From assembly GCA_029856435.1 (NCBI GenBank), contig JAHQXB010000042.1, positions 1 to 49,361 of the forward strand: a DNA stretch of 49,361 bases, in the 5' to 3' direction. This document shows, in pieces, positions 49,180 through 49,361 of the stretch. Source of the DNA: Candidatus Jordarchaeia archaeon. GTDB lineage: Archaea > Asgardarchaeota > Jordiarchaeia > Jordiarchaeales > Jordiarchaeaceae. The position numbers and the translations under genes are program-made. The notes under the pieces are model-generated. The model was not told the origin of the DNA and searched no databases. It saw only the letters and a program-made list of their open reading frames with translations. Each line of letters opens with the position of its first letter. The first letter of the stretch is position 1.

Positions 49180-49361
49180 AACCCATCAAAAAGCTATCAA
49201 CAAAACCACAAACAAATTCACCAATAAGCCAAACCCCTTTTTTAAACTTTTGAAAACCACAAACCACCAAAACCACAAAAAACAAACCCCACCACCGAAA
49301 AGCCCACAAAAACATAAAAAACGCCCATGCTAACAGTTCTAAAATAGCGGTGTTTAAATAG

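Overview
Archaeal chromosomal window of mostly housekeeping genes. The likely source is an Asgard-type archaeon; this is inferred from a stand-alone longin-like gene, an EMC6-like gene and TACK/Asgard-style ribosomal proteins, and Bathyarchaeia or another TACK lineage is not excluded. It carries the conserved translation/transcription superoperon (eIF2-gamma, PIN, rpoE1, spt4, DUF359, S24e, S27ae, kae1, bud32, ITPase, S15, GAN/RecJ-like DHH, pcc1, with S3ae inverted), plus RPA, NucS, Rqc2, YchF, GlmU-like, PyrC and acetate kinase. A corrinoid/C1 block holds a core-MetE methionine synthase, a non-pyrrolysine MttB, its corrinoid protein, CobN and a ChlI/D-type chelatase. The standout observation is that kae1 is not a frameshifted pseudogene. 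It is interrupted by a 29-nt insertion (20990-21018) whose ends fold into a canonical bulge-helix-bulge motif, and cutting at the canonical bulge positions restores the conserved GPGLGPCLR motif and a 342-aa protein. This is a predicted tRNA-endonuclease-type intron in the mRNA of an essential tRNA-modification enzyme. Other points: an unassigned ~220-nt structured RNA candidate (11281-11503), a decayed tnpB right end, three small genes missed by the ORF track (L40e, a 46-aa zinc ribbon, a DnaJ-type zinc finger), and several candidate operators. No tRNA, rRNA or CRISPR array was recognised. All family calls come from motif recognition, not database searches.
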